64,000 bases of DNA from IMG/VR virus record IMGVR_UViG_3300042691_053605, positions 1 to 64,000 of that record; one strand, 5' to 3'. This document shows, one piece after another, positions 8,779 through 17,666 of the stretch; the first letter of the stretch is position 1, and every line of letters begins with the position of its first letter. Origin of the DNA: a virus. Made by a program: the position numbers and the translations under genes. The notes beneath the pieces were generated by a model. It was not told the DNA's origin. It did not search any database and was given only the letters and a program-made list of their open reading frames with translations.

Positions 8779-10608
8779 TTACCCAAGTAATGCATTATAG
8801 GATAAAATTTTAATACCTCTTTTTCGGGCTTCTGCCATTTTACTGCTGGTAGAAGATTCGTCATCGGTAAAGAGAACCTTTGCATCCTTTAACCCGGTAT
8901 GATGATAGCCTTTTAATTTTGCGGCATCAATAAATTCCTGCTTGGTTTTGAAACCTGCCGCTTTAGGAGACCCGGTCATTTCAAAAGAAATGCTTTCTGC
9001 CGATACAACCTCGGGAAGAACCACCTTTATGTACTGACTGATTTCTGCCACCGCGTTTTCGTACGCAATACGTTTTGGTTCTCCAGGACCGAATCCTGAA
9101 ACCACGGATTTTTCCAAACCATGAAAAGAATACTCCACACCAGAAATGTAATTACCAATTTGTTTGGCAGTGGTTCCTCCCATATTACGGAAAGCCATAA
9201 TCATTAAGATTTCCTTTGGAGTAATTTCCGTAATCCGTGAAACCTGTTGCAACATATTGGCAAGTATCTTTCCGTCCTTAAAGCCTTTTTGCAGTAGGGC
9301 TTCCTTATTGAATTTTGTAGGATTAAGAATTTCCAAACCGCTACGGAAACCTACCGCAAATAATTGCTTAATCATTGCGCCACCTACGCCATCCAAATCC
9401 AACCAGGAAATTCCTTGGTGGAATTTATGCCATTCCGCTAGATAGCAGGATTCGCTTTCGCACATTAAATGAACTCCAGATTTTACCAATTCTGAACCGC
9501 ATTTACAGTGTGTTGGATGTTCAAAGGCAGATTCATTACCAGGAGTAATAACCTTTAAGATTTGTGGAATGATATCGCCAGATTTCGCAATTGCTACCTG
9601 AGCACCAGGATACGCACCCATATTCTTTAGATACGTATAATTAAACAGTGCAGCTCGTGATACCGTAGAACCATCGAGATCCACCGGCTCCATTACTGCT
9701 ACTGGAGTTACCGCGCCAGATTTACCGTACTGCCAAGAGATTGATTTGATAGTAGTAATGGCTTCCTTTGGAGGAAACTTAATTGCTACTGCCCAGTTTG
9801 GATCATGGCTGTTTTCTCCCCAGATTGGTCGTAAACCTTCGGGAGCCTTGATAACAAAACCATCCAACTGATACTCGGATGTTTTGCGGTATTCCACCAT
9901 ATCATGGTAAGCCGCCTCAAAAGATTCTGGACCGCCGTAAAAGATGTGAGCGGTATGTTTGAATCCAGGAACTCTTGGAGCAATATAAAGGATTTTACCA
10001 TCAGTATGATGTCTTACCTCAAGCGGAACAAAGTCCAAGTCAGCAATTACTTCGGTAGGATTTTCATCCCGGTTAAGTACGCCTGCCACATAATTACGAG
10101 GATTCTTAAAGGAGGCGTACTTCCGATTAAATTTTGAAATTTCAATTACCACCTCGCCACGTACTTCTACGGTACCGTTTATACTAATTGTTTCAGGCAG
10201 ATTATGCTTGACCTTATCAGTAATATCACGGCCTTTTGATCCGTTACCACGAGTAAGTACTTGAGAAAGCTTTCCGTTTACGTAAATTGCATTAGCAGCG
10301 TTACCATCGTATTTGGGTGTAATTTCAAATGAAGTTGCTCCAAATTTTTTCATCCAATTTACCGCAGATTCTGTTGGCGGATTACCATTAATAGTTGCCT
10401 GGTATTTTGCCAGGGATAACATTTTAGATGGGTGTGAGTATTTAGCCTTACGGTCATCGGAACCTACAATATACGGTACGTCAGAACCAAGGGAAAGCAA
10501 ATCAGCTTCCAGTCTATCAAATTCATCATCCGTAAGAATAGGGCTTCCAGCGTAATAGGCTTCCTTTGCCGCGATATAGTGTTGTTCTAATGTAAAACGG
10601 TTACTCAT
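8779..10608 (-). CDS. ligA: NAD-dependent DNA ligase
   Basis: MLSLAK, KYDG adenylation motif, TRGNG, EVRGE, DGFVIK, AIKFP, OB fold, Cys4 Zn finger, C-terminal BRCT. Confidence 0.93.
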   Translation of the reverse strand: MSNRFTLEQHYIAAKEAYYAGSPILTDDEFDRLEADLLSLGSDVPYIVGSDDRKAKYSHPSKMLSLAKYQATINGNPPTESAVNWMKKFGATSFEITPKYDGNAANAIYVNGKLSQVLTRGNGSKGRDITDKVKHNLPETISINGTVEVRGEVVIEISKFNRKYASFKNPRNYVAGVLNRDENPTEVIADLDFVPLEVRHHTDGKILYIAPRVPGFKHTAHIFYGGPESFEAAYHDMVEYRKTSEYQLDGFVIKAPEGLRPIWGENSHDPNWAVAIKFPPKEAITTIKSISWQYGKSGAVTPVAVMEPVDLDGSTVSRAALFNYTYLKNMGAYPGAQVAIAKSGDIIPQILKVITPGNESAFEHPTHCKCGSELVKSGVHLMCESESCYLAEWHKFHQGISWLDLDGVGGAMIKQLFAVGFRSGLEILNPTKFNKEALLQKGFKDGKILANMLQQVSRITEITPKEILMIMAFRNMGGTTAKQIGNYISGVEYSFHGLEKSVVSGFGPGEPKRIAYENAVAEISQYIKVVLPEVVSAESISFEMTGSPKAAGFKTKQEFIDAAKLKGYHHTGLKDAKVLFTDDESSTSSKMAEARKRGIKILSYNALLG

Positions 10609-10623
10609 TTGGTTTTAATTTGA

Positions 10624-10685
10624 TAGTATAAAAATAAAACAAAAAACCCAAAGAAAAAAATCTTTGGGTTAAAAGTTATTAACAA
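10624..10685 (-). promoter_or_regulatory. putative early/host-type promoter (TTGTTAATAA-N43-TTTATACTA)
   Basis: The same two boxes at identical spacing occur at 28029..28090; contains TATTTTTA, resembling the Bacteroidota -7 element TAnnTTTG. Confidence 0.45.
10641..10670 (-). terminator. Rho-independent terminator
   Basis: 10-bp stem AACCCAAAGA-N6-TCTTTGGGTT followed by a T-run on the minus strand. Confidence 0.65.
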
Positions 10686-10686
10686 T

Positions 10687-11364
10687 TTATATGGCTTCTT
10701 CAAGCGACTTTATTACTGCGCATTTTTCATATTCCTCGGTTTCAATATAGATGTCAGTCATCATTTTCAGAACCTTTTTGAGTTTTGTTTGCTCAGCTCT
10801 GATAATTATTTCTGGGCCATCTAGCAATATGCCTTTTCTGAACTGCGCAGGAGATTTACTGATGTAGCCGTAAACCTGTTCCAGGAAGTCCCGTGTATTT
10901 TCATCGGTTTCTTCTGGCGGATCATAAGTGTATTCCTCCTTTGGACGTACATTAAACTTGGAGGAGAAGAATTCGGCGGGATCTACCACAAATCCGGAAT
11001 TAAAATCTTTCATTTTTTCTAAGAGTATTGAGTTTTGTAAAGAGAGTAAAAATGCATTATCAATCATATCAGCCGTATAGTTTTCATCGCCTTCTTCCAT
11101 TGCTCCCCAGTCGGCTGGCATTTGCTGAGGTGGAACCACGAGTACTTCACCATGTAAATTAACATCAAAAAAATGTGATGCCAAAAAGTTAAACGGCATT
11201 CCTTTTTTCTCGCCTTTTTCCGCGTACATTACCCAGATAGGTCCTATACGAAAAGGCTCAATCCAACCGCCAACTTCAGAATTCAGTTCATCAATAGTAA
11301 AAGTACTTCCGTTTTTTGGACGGAAGACCTTTACCATTTTATCAAGTGTTATCTTTAGTGCCAT
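10687..11364 (-). CDS. hypothetical protein (DUF3846-like N-terminus, UVR-like C-terminal motif)
   Basis: FTIDELNSEVGGWIE...N.LAS...LHGEVLV; EEYEKCAVIK; likely start MALKIT at 11364. Confidence 0.6.
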   Translation of the reverse strand: MALKITLDKMVKVFRPKNGSTFTIDELNSEVGGWIEPFRIGPIWVMYAEKGEKKGMPFNFLASHFFDVNLHGEVLVVPPQQMPADWGAMEEGDENYTADMIDNAFLLSLQNSILLEKMKDFNSGFVVDPAEFFSSKFNVRPKEEYTYDPPEETDENTRDFLEQVYGYISKSPAQFRKGILLDGPEIIIRAEQTKLKKVLKMMTDIYIETEEYEKCAVIKSLEEAI

Positions 11365-11368
11365 AGTA

Positions 11369-13150
11369 TTATCCTTCGCATGAAACGCAATCGGGATCCA
11401 TTGCACGAGCAGCAATATCGCCACGAAGAACGCTTTCAGTTCGCATATAATAAATTGTCTTAACTCCTTGTTTCCAGGCTTCCATATGTACCTGGTTAAT
11501 CCATTTAGGCTCCGCGGTTGACGGGAAAGCTAGATTCAACGAGCAGGACTGGTCAATATACTGTTGACGAACACCGGCCTGTTTTACCAAATCCAATTGA
11601 TTGATTTCCTTAAATGACTTGAATACGTCCTTTACAGAAAACATACGGGAAACAGCAATTTCATCGGTAACCGTTGAGCGTTCTATTAATTTACCATCAA
11701 AATAAGCCCATTCATCAAGAAAATCAAGTCCTTGAACCGAACCGCCATCTTCTAAAATACGGTCCCATACCTCTTTATTATTCTTACCTATTTTACGAAG
11801 AGCCTTTTCCAACTCAGGATTCTTTCGAATAAAAGTTCCTTTTGAAGTTTGCTCAGTAAAAACGTTTGCTGCCCAGGGTTCAATACCTGAACTTACGTTT
11901 CCACTCAGTTTTGAATTGGAAACCGTGGGTGCAATTGCACGTAAATGCGTATTACGGAAGCCGGTATCACGGCACCATAGCGGTTCGCCAAATTCGCTTG
12001 CCAAATCACGGCTTGCTCTCTCGCTTTCAATTTTCATTTGCGAAAAGATCTTGCGGGTTTCAAACTGTGCAGGTAAACCTTCAAACGGAATTCCTTTTTG
12101 TTGCAAATACGTATGCCATCCAAGAACTCCTAAACCCAAGGCTCTTCCTTTTTCAGCAGAACGAATTGCGTTATCAAATCCTTTAAGACCTTTGGCTCTC
12201 TGAATAAACTCCTCGAGTACTCCGTCCAAAAACCAGGTAGCAGTGTAGATCAAATCCGTATCACGCCATTCGTCATATTTTGCAAGATTAAGAGAACTTA
12301 AACAACAAACAAAAGAATGTGATTCATCAGTATGCAAAACAATTTCAGAACAGATGTTAGTCATAAATACCTTTAAGCCGTTTTTGCTATAGGCATCTGG
12401 ATTTTGTTTGTTTACATTTCCTTTGAACATTACATACGGTTCACCGGTTGCTTTACGTTTTTGTAACAGCTTACCCCATTTACGACGTGCTTCAGGATCT
12501 CCATCTTGCAGCTTACGCATAAATTTATCGCCAACCACTGCGCACTGATGCAAATTAAGAGATTGGCGGTTAACGTCACCTTTAGGCTCGCGAATCTCTA
12601 GCCACTCCTCAAAATCTTTATGTTCAATATTGATATTAACAGAGGCCGCACCGCGTCTTACAGATCCTTGGCTTGTTGCCAGAATTGTAGAATCATAAAT
12701 TTTACAGAAAGGAACTACGCCATCGGATGTTCCGTTTTGCGAAATGCGTGAACCTGCAGGACGAATCATATTGATTCCAATACCAACGCCACCACCGTGT
12801 TTTGCAAGGAGCATTAACTCCAAATTCTTATTACCAATTTCATAGACGCTGTCGCCAACATCAATACCAAAACATGAAATAGGTAGTCCACGATCGGTAC
12901 CGGTATTTGATAACACAGGCGTGGCTAAACATAACCAGCCTTTCCAAATATAGTCAAAAAACTTGGAAGCCATTTGCGGCTTACCTAATCTTTGAGCTAT
13001 TTTTGTAGAAACTCTCCAGTACGCGTCCTTTGGTTTTTCGCCAGGAAGCAAATACCCTTTACTAATTGTTTTGACATACACCTCAGTGTTTGCCCATTCC
13101 GGGAAATCTACGCCGACTTCCCAACCTTGTTCTTCTCCAAAATTTTTCAT
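11369..13150 (-). CDS. nrdA: class I ribonucleotide reductase alpha subunit (short, no ATP cone)
   Basis: ATPVLSN, PISCF, GGGVG, TNICSEI, CCLSSLNL, IAPTVSNS, KTIYY, C-terminal CVSCEG. Confidence 0.95.
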   Translation of the reverse strand: MKNFGEEQGWEVGVDFPEWANTEVYVKTISKGYLLPGEKPKDAYWRVSTKIAQRLGKPQMASKFFDYIWKGWLCLATPVLSNTGTDRGLPISCFGIDVGDSVYEIGNKNLELMLLAKHGGGVGIGINMIRPAGSRISQNGTSDGVVPFCKIYDSTILATSQGSVRRGAASVNINIEHKDFEEWLEIREPKGDVNRQSLNLHQCAVVGDKFMRKLQDGDPEARRKWGKLLQKRKATGEPYVMFKGNVNKQNPDAYSKNGLKVFMTNICSEIVLHTDESHSFVCCLSSLNLAKYDEWRDTDLIYTATWFLDGVLEEFIQRAKGLKGFDNAIRSAEKGRALGLGVLGWHTYLQQKGIPFEGLPAQFETRKIFSQMKIESERASRDLASEFGEPLWCRDTGFRNTHLRAIAPTVSNSKLSGNVSSGIEPWAANVFTEQTSKGTFIRKNPELEKALRKIGKNNKEVWDRILEDGGSVQGLDFLDEWAYFDGKLIERSTVTDEIAVSRMFSVKDVFKSFKEINQLDLVKQAGVRQQYIDQSCSLNLAFPSTAEPKWINQVHMEAWKQGVKTIYYMRTESVLRGDIAARAMDPDCVSCEG

Positions 13151-13159
13151 GTTGCTCTA

Positions 13160-14155
13160 TTAAAAAATGTCTCCCCAGTCTTCACCTTCATTGGCTTTAC
13201 TGTAGTCGGTTGGACGGATTGCAAAGAAATCTGTGTGAGTTAAACCACCAGTAAGATGGTAGAACCATTCCAAATTTGCAGCCGATTCCTCGTCTACTTC
13301 CATGATAGGATCATAACCAAGTTCATTTAATTTTTCGTTTATTCTTTGATTAATAAATTGTTTTAAGTCAGTTGCTCTTAGGTTTTCCAAATCTCCCATT
13401 TCAAACATTTTATCAATGAATGAATGTTCCAGTTTTTGAATAAGTCGAGCGGCTTCAATAATGGTATCGTAAGCATCACCTCGAAGTTCGGGATATTCTT
13501 CGCACATGTGATTAAACAATCGGCAACCCATACGCGAATGCAGTGATTCGTCACGAACGCTCCATTTCATTTGTTGACCAATACCTTTTAGCAGGTTTCT
13601 CATTTGAAAGGAATATAGGACTGCAAAAGAGGAATACAAGGAAACCCCTTCAGCAAAGGCCGAGAAGATCGCCAAACTGCGTGCTACTTCCACCCGGGCT
13701 TGTGGGTTTTCCGCAAGATCATTATGTGTCCAATCATTTGAGGTTGCAGTAAGCAATTCAAATTTTTCTTTAATTGCAGGCTCCTGTAGGAAGGCATCAA
13801 AATTTTCCAGTCCTAGAGTTTCATTTAGATAAGAATATGCCGTGGCATGTATTGTTTCCTGAGAACCAAAAAGCATAGCCATTTGACGAATCTCATGTTT
13901 AGGAAACCACTTTGTCACCATTCCTGTCCAGTAATCGCTAACTGCACATTCGGTCTGTGCAAAACCTAGCAATATATTTCCTACTAAATTTTTCTCAGCT
14001 GAACTCAAATGCTCATTCCAATCCTTAACGTCGCCTTGCATTGGTATTTCAGTGTGTAGCCAAAAAGCTTGCGCTTGTTTTAGCCATCCTTCATTATAGT
14101 AGACAGGGTACTCAAAGGGTTTGAAAGGAACCCTCTCGGTGAAAAGTTTACTCAT
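13160..14155 (-). CDS. nrdB: class I ribonucleotide reductase beta subunit
   Basis: FWLHTE, AQTE, ETIHATAY, EGVSLYSSF, RDESLH, DFFAIRPTDY. Confidence 0.95.
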   Translation of the reverse strand: MSKLFTERVPFKPFEYPVYYNEGWLKQAQAFWLHTEIPMQGDVKDWNEHLSSAEKNLVGNILLGFAQTECAVSDYWTGMVTKWFPKHEIRQMAMLFGSQETIHATAYSYLNETLGLENFDAFLQEPAIKEKFELLTATSNDWTHNDLAENPQARVEVARSLAIFSAFAEGVSLYSSFAVLYSFQMRNLLKGIGQQMKWSVRDESLHSRMGCRLFNHMCEEYPELRGDAYDTIIEAARLIQKLEHSFIDKMFEMGDLENLRATDLKQFINQRINEKLNELGYDPIMEVDEESAANLEWFYHLTGGLTHTDFFAIRPTDYSKANEGEDWGDIF

Positions 14156-14186
14156 AGTTGATTTATTATTTTTAGAAAGAAACGCA

Positions 14187-15563
14187 TCATATATATTTTT
14201 GCAATTCTGCTATTTCCCTCTCTACCTCTTGCGCAATTTTCTTTGCGGCTTTTCTTTTTCCATAGTATTCAACCAGGATACTCTTAAATACGGATTCCTC
14301 CTCACGAGAGAAGATTGCTCCGGATGCAGTTTTAATGTATTTTTCCAAATCCACTTCCTCACCAGGCGCGATATTCTTTACATAACTCTCGGGTGAGATA
14401 TTCCATTGACGCATTACCGTAGGATATAGAGATGCAAAGTCAAAGGAGGTTACCCATTCGTATAAACCGGTTCTTGGTTCATGCACAAATGCGCCTTCAT
14501 ATTCTTCGCGTTTCTTTTTGGATGTATCTGCCTTTGGAAATACACGGTTTCTTTTACAGTTTTCACGTGCCATAGCTGCTTCCGCCATCCATATCGGAGA
14601 ATACGCTCGAGTTGCTTCCACATGGGAAATGTTTCCAAGTTTTAAGAATGCCATCATGGTATTCAGTTTACGGTCAATCATTTGTACCAACTTGGAATCC
14701 ACCGCGTTATAGAAAACATATTGGTCATAATCCGATTCGTACAATTCCTGGAGAGTTCCAGGATATTTTACCTTTTGAATTCCTAAAGCAGCCTTGGCCA
14801 CAAAATCCAAAGTATTGTTTTCCTTGATATCAATTACGCGGTCCCACTTTTTATAGACATCCAAATAATCCACTACCATTCTGTGTTGTGGAAGTTCATC
14901 CTTTCCAACAAGTTTTCTGGACGGTGATGATACTGCGGGATCAATATTTAGACGTTTACAACGATTAATAAGATAAGTCCAGTCAAAACCGATAAAGTTC
15001 CAACCAGTGATTACCGGCATTTTTTGAACCGCCTTATGGAAAAAGGTATACAGCATATCATACTCCGATTTGAAGTACATATAACTAAAATCCACTTCCT
15101 CTTTTAAGTACTCATTAATACGAGTGCCAATACTCTTAATTTCCGTTTCATTTAACGGCTTAGTTCCCATAACAACTACACGGTTATCACGGCAAAAAGA
15201 TAAGGTTGTAACCGGAAACTTTGCGGTATCAGGTCTTGGCCATTCGTCTTTTACTTCCACCTCGATATCCACAAAAAACTTCTTGGGAAGATTGAATTCA
15301 TAGATATCTCGTGTTTCCTCTTCAGGAAGACTAAAGAGATACTCCTCAATTCTCCACTTACTTAAGAACTTGGATTTTCTTTTCTTTACGTGTTTTCCGT
15401 CCCAGCTCATAATTCCTGGTTCCGCGTGTCGATCCCGGGCATCGCAATATTCCCATTCAAACATTTGGTTGGCGGGTATCAAAAACTTTTTGATAGAGAT
15501 ATCGCCTTCCTTGTTAAAATAGGAAATTTGCAAAGTGGAATCCCTCTGCTCAATGTCAATCAT
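14187..15563 (-). CDS. family B DNA polymerase, N-terminal subunit (3'-5' exonuclease, region II, first fingers helix)
   Basis: ExoI DIE, ExoII GWNFIGFD, ExoIII YNAVD, YEGAFV, FDFASLYP, NISPE; ends after the KRKAAKK helix. Confidence 0.92.
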   Translation of the reverse strand: MIDIEQRDSTLQISYFNKEGDISIKKFLIPANQMFEWEYCDARDRHAEPGIMSWDGKHVKKRKSKFLSKWRIEEYLFSLPEEETRDIYEFNLPKKFFVDIEVEVKDEWPRPDTAKFPVTTLSFCRDNRVVVMGTKPLNETEIKSIGTRINEYLKEEVDFSYMYFKSEYDMLYTFFHKAVQKMPVITGWNFIGFDWTYLINRCKRLNIDPAVSSPSRKLVGKDELPQHRMVVDYLDVYKKWDRVIDIKENNTLDFVAKAALGIQKVKYPGTLQELYESDYDQYVFYNAVDSKLVQMIDRKLNTMMAFLKLGNISHVEATRAYSPIWMAEAAMARENCKRNRVFPKADTSKKKREEYEGAFVHEPRTGLYEWVTSFDFASLYPTVMRQWNISPESYVKNIAPGEEVDLEKYIKTASGAIFSREEESVFKSILVEYYGKRKAAKKIAQEVEREIAELQKYI

Positions 15564-15582
15564 TTATGTATGTTTAATTTGT

Positions 15583-16062
15583 TTAGTAACCTCTGCGCTG
15601 ACGGGCGCGGTTTTCTTCGTTTTTGCTCATGTACATATTGTACATTTCAGCTGGAGTCATTCCAATGGAAGCAGCGTAATTCATAAAGAAATGCAGCATA
15701 TCAATAATTTCAAACTTACATTCTATTTGATCATCCGCTGGAAGATCTGAAAATTTCATTTCCGCATATTTAGGATAGTCTTTTTTCCAACGCTTCCAAA
15801 TTGCAGAGCCACCAGAAGAAATTCCTCCAAGAGCATCAGTAGCCTCGTGAATTTCATCAATCATTGCATGGGTATTCATAGCCCAGAAATCCATGATTTG
15901 GCGAAGAGTCATATTCTCAAAGTCATATCCGTAAACATTCTTTTGAGTCTCTGCTTGCAGATTTAAGATATCACCTAAAGTATCGGTAGAATCCTGCTGT
16001 AACTTTTCTGTCCAGAGATCTTTAATTTCAAGTTTAGCGCAAGAATTATCAGTATTTGCCAT
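15583..16062 (-). CDS. all-alpha dNTP pyrophosphatase (dimeric dUTPase / T4 gp56-like)
   Basis: DEIHEA, WKRWK, FEIIDMLHF, YMSKNEENRARQRRGY. Confidence 0.8.
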   Translation of the reverse strand: MANTDNSCAKLEIKDLWTEKLQQDSTDTLGDILNLQAETQKNVYGYDFENMTLRQIMDFWAMNTHAMIDEIHEATDALGGISSGGSAIWKRWKKDYPKYAEMKFSDLPADDQIECKFEIIDMLHFFMNYAASIGMTPAEMYNMYMSKNEENRARQRRGY

Positions 16063-16085
16063 ATTCTATTTGTTTATTTAGATCT

Positions 16086-16160
16086 TATATTCAATATTGA
16101 TTAATAGGTTTCATAGGAGTTAACAATATATGCCAAAACTTTTTTCCGTAGGTGTATAAA
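16086..16160. promoter_or_regulatory. divergent pair of AAAC-N14/15-GWATAWA promoter-like motifs
   Basis: Minus-strand copy 16086..16111 upstream of the dUTPase-like gene; plus-strand copy 16136..16160 upstream of hsp20. Confidence 0.55.
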
Positions 16161-16310
16161 ATAGTTATCAGAACGGTTGGAGGAAAAGACTTATTAGCTA
16201 GCATCAATGTCATACTAGTTGTCAAATAGTCATCACGGCTTTGACAAAGAGTCTTCATTTGAGCACTGGCACGGTATTGATAGAATACCAAAAAACAAAT
16301 ATAAAAAACT

Positions 16311-16679
16311 ATGTTACACTACACAACAACACCAACAGACGGCATCCTAAAAACAATGGAAGCCTTTTTTGAAAACACTAACAGCACCAATCGCTCAAGA
16401 GCGGAAATTAAGAACACTGACACTGGATACCAGGTTTGTATCCTACTTCCAGGTTTTACAAAAGAGGAAGTGGAAGTAAAGTCCGAAGGCTCTAATCTTA
16501 TTATCTTTGCTGAAACTGAAAGGGAACTACCACATTTTGCAAGTAGCCGCGTAAAGAAAACCTACGAGGTAAAAGATCTGGATCCGGATTCAATAACCGC
16601 AAAACTGGAAGCAGGGATCCTTACAGTTGAATTTTCAAATTCCGCTAAAAAGAATTCCAAAAAAATAGAAATTCTTTAA
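16311..16679 (+). CDS. small heat shock protein (Hsp20/alpha-crystallin)
   Basis: LPGFTKEEVEV, AKLEAGILTV, C-terminal IEI motif. Confidence 0.88.
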   Translation: MLHYTTTPTDGILKTMEAFFENTNSTNRSRAEIKNTDTGYQVCILLPGFTKEEVEVKSEGSNLIIFAETERELPHFASSRVKKTYEVKDLDPDSITAKLEAGILTVEFSNSAKKNSKKIEIL

Positions 16680-16680
16680 G

Positions 16681-16708
16681 AAAAAAGGCAGCTTAATTGC
16701 TGCCTTTT
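16681..16708. terminator. bidirectional terminator
   Basis: AAAAGGCAGC-ttaatt-GCTGCCTTTT between convergent genes. Confidence 0.8.
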
Positions 16709-17111
16709 ATTTTTCTCCGTAAAGCTCGTGATAGCTTTTAGTATGTTTAGAAGTTTTTAAGAGCTTCTTTCCTTTTTTATCTCCAGGCAATTCTTTATAT
16801 GCTTCAGGATCATCATCATCCGCTGCAGCCTGGTCAGCCATTTGAGCTTTTTTCTTGTCCTCGGTACTCTTACTAATTCCTTTGTAATACGGATGCTCGC
16901 CTTCTTCTACAATAAATGTAAGCTGTGCGGCATCGTATGTTTTTAAGGAGCCATCGGCAAATTTGATGTTAAATTTTTTGCCATAAGAACTCATAACAAT
17001 TCCAGTGCGGTTTTCGGCTTTTACATTAGCAGAATCGCCAACCTGAACATCTTGCCATCTGACATCTTCATTTAAGAAGTTTTCAAATGTGTGTATGTGT
17101 TTCATATTCAT
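16707..17111 (-). CDS. hypothetical protein with CTS-like N-terminus (SH3/KOW-like core)
   Basis: Likely start MNMKHIHTFENFLNED, inside the ORF-track call. Confidence 0.75.
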   Translation of the reverse strand: MNMKHIHTFENFLNEDVRWQDVQVGDSANVKAENRTGIVMSSYGKKFNIKFADGSLKTYDAAQLTFIVEEGEHPYYKGISKSTEDKKKAQMADQAAADDDDPEAYKELPGDKKGKKLLKTSKHTKSYHELYGEK

Positions 17112-17112
17112 A

Positions 17113-17457
17113 TTACTTTTTTGGTTTGAATCCGGCATCTCTAGCTTCTTTTGCAAGATCTGAATCCGCCTTACCCCAAGTTCCCTTTCCACCAGTCAAA
17201 AATGAGTTTACGCGAGCGTAACCCCATTGTTCTTGGCCAGCTCCTGGGCGATGTCCACTTTTCCATGCAGCCATTCCACGACGCATAACAGCACGAATAA
17301 TTCCAATCGGGCAACCAGATTCTTTAGCCTTATTTTTTAGGCCAGTCTCGAGTTCTTCACTATCAAGTGGAGAACGGTCAGTTGACTGCTTATCCTCATC
17401 TTCGGCTTCCCAAATTTGGTCCCAAAGGAATTCTTCATACAGTTTTACGTGGCTCAT
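17113..17457 (-). CDS. conserved viral hypothetical protein with CTS-like N-terminus
   Basis: MSHVKLYEEFL; RRGMAAWKSGHRPGA..QWGYARVNSF motif recalled from large DNA viruses. Confidence 0.75.
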   Translation of the reverse strand: MSHVKLYEEFLWDQIWEAEDEDKQSTDRSPLDSEELETGLKNKAKESGCPIGIIRAVMRRGMAAWKSGHRPGAGQEQWGYARVNSFLTGGKGTWGKADSDLAKEARDAGFKPKK

Positions 17458-17666
17458 ATAAATAGAGGTGTTTCATTATCATCGGCAAAATCTATAACCC
17501 GAATCCCTTCATGTAATTCCGTTAGCGGATGGTTAACAGTTTGGCCTTTGTAATTTTTTATTTTTGCATACACTGTGTTGTTTTCGGACAGCCAAAAACC
17601 TACAATTTTTCCGCGGGAGCCTTTAGCTTCCACGCTTAAGTTTTTAATTTCTTTTGCGCCTCTCAT
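17454..17666 (-). CDS. hypothetical protein
   Basis: 70-aa ORF with ATGA overlaps on both sides. Confidence 0.65.
   Translation of the reverse strand: MRGAKEIKNLSVEAKGSRGKIVGFWLSENNTVYAKIKNYKGQTVNHPLTELHEGIRVIDFADDNETPLFI

Noticed and set aside
11369-13150. NrdA start MKNFGEE as a capsid-targeting tag
   Set aside because: Lacks the second aromatic residue and the L/V-x-E site; probably a chance resemblance
1452-15563. Split intein or group I intron joining the polB halves
   Set aside because: No intein-like blocks (Cys/Ser start, His-Asn end) at the junctions, no homing endonuclease, and essential genes intervene
16091-16291. 66-aa minus-strand ORF, or a tRNA/ncRNA, in the hsp20 leader
   Set aside because: Overlaps divergent promoter motifs; no cloverleaf or coding signal is evident
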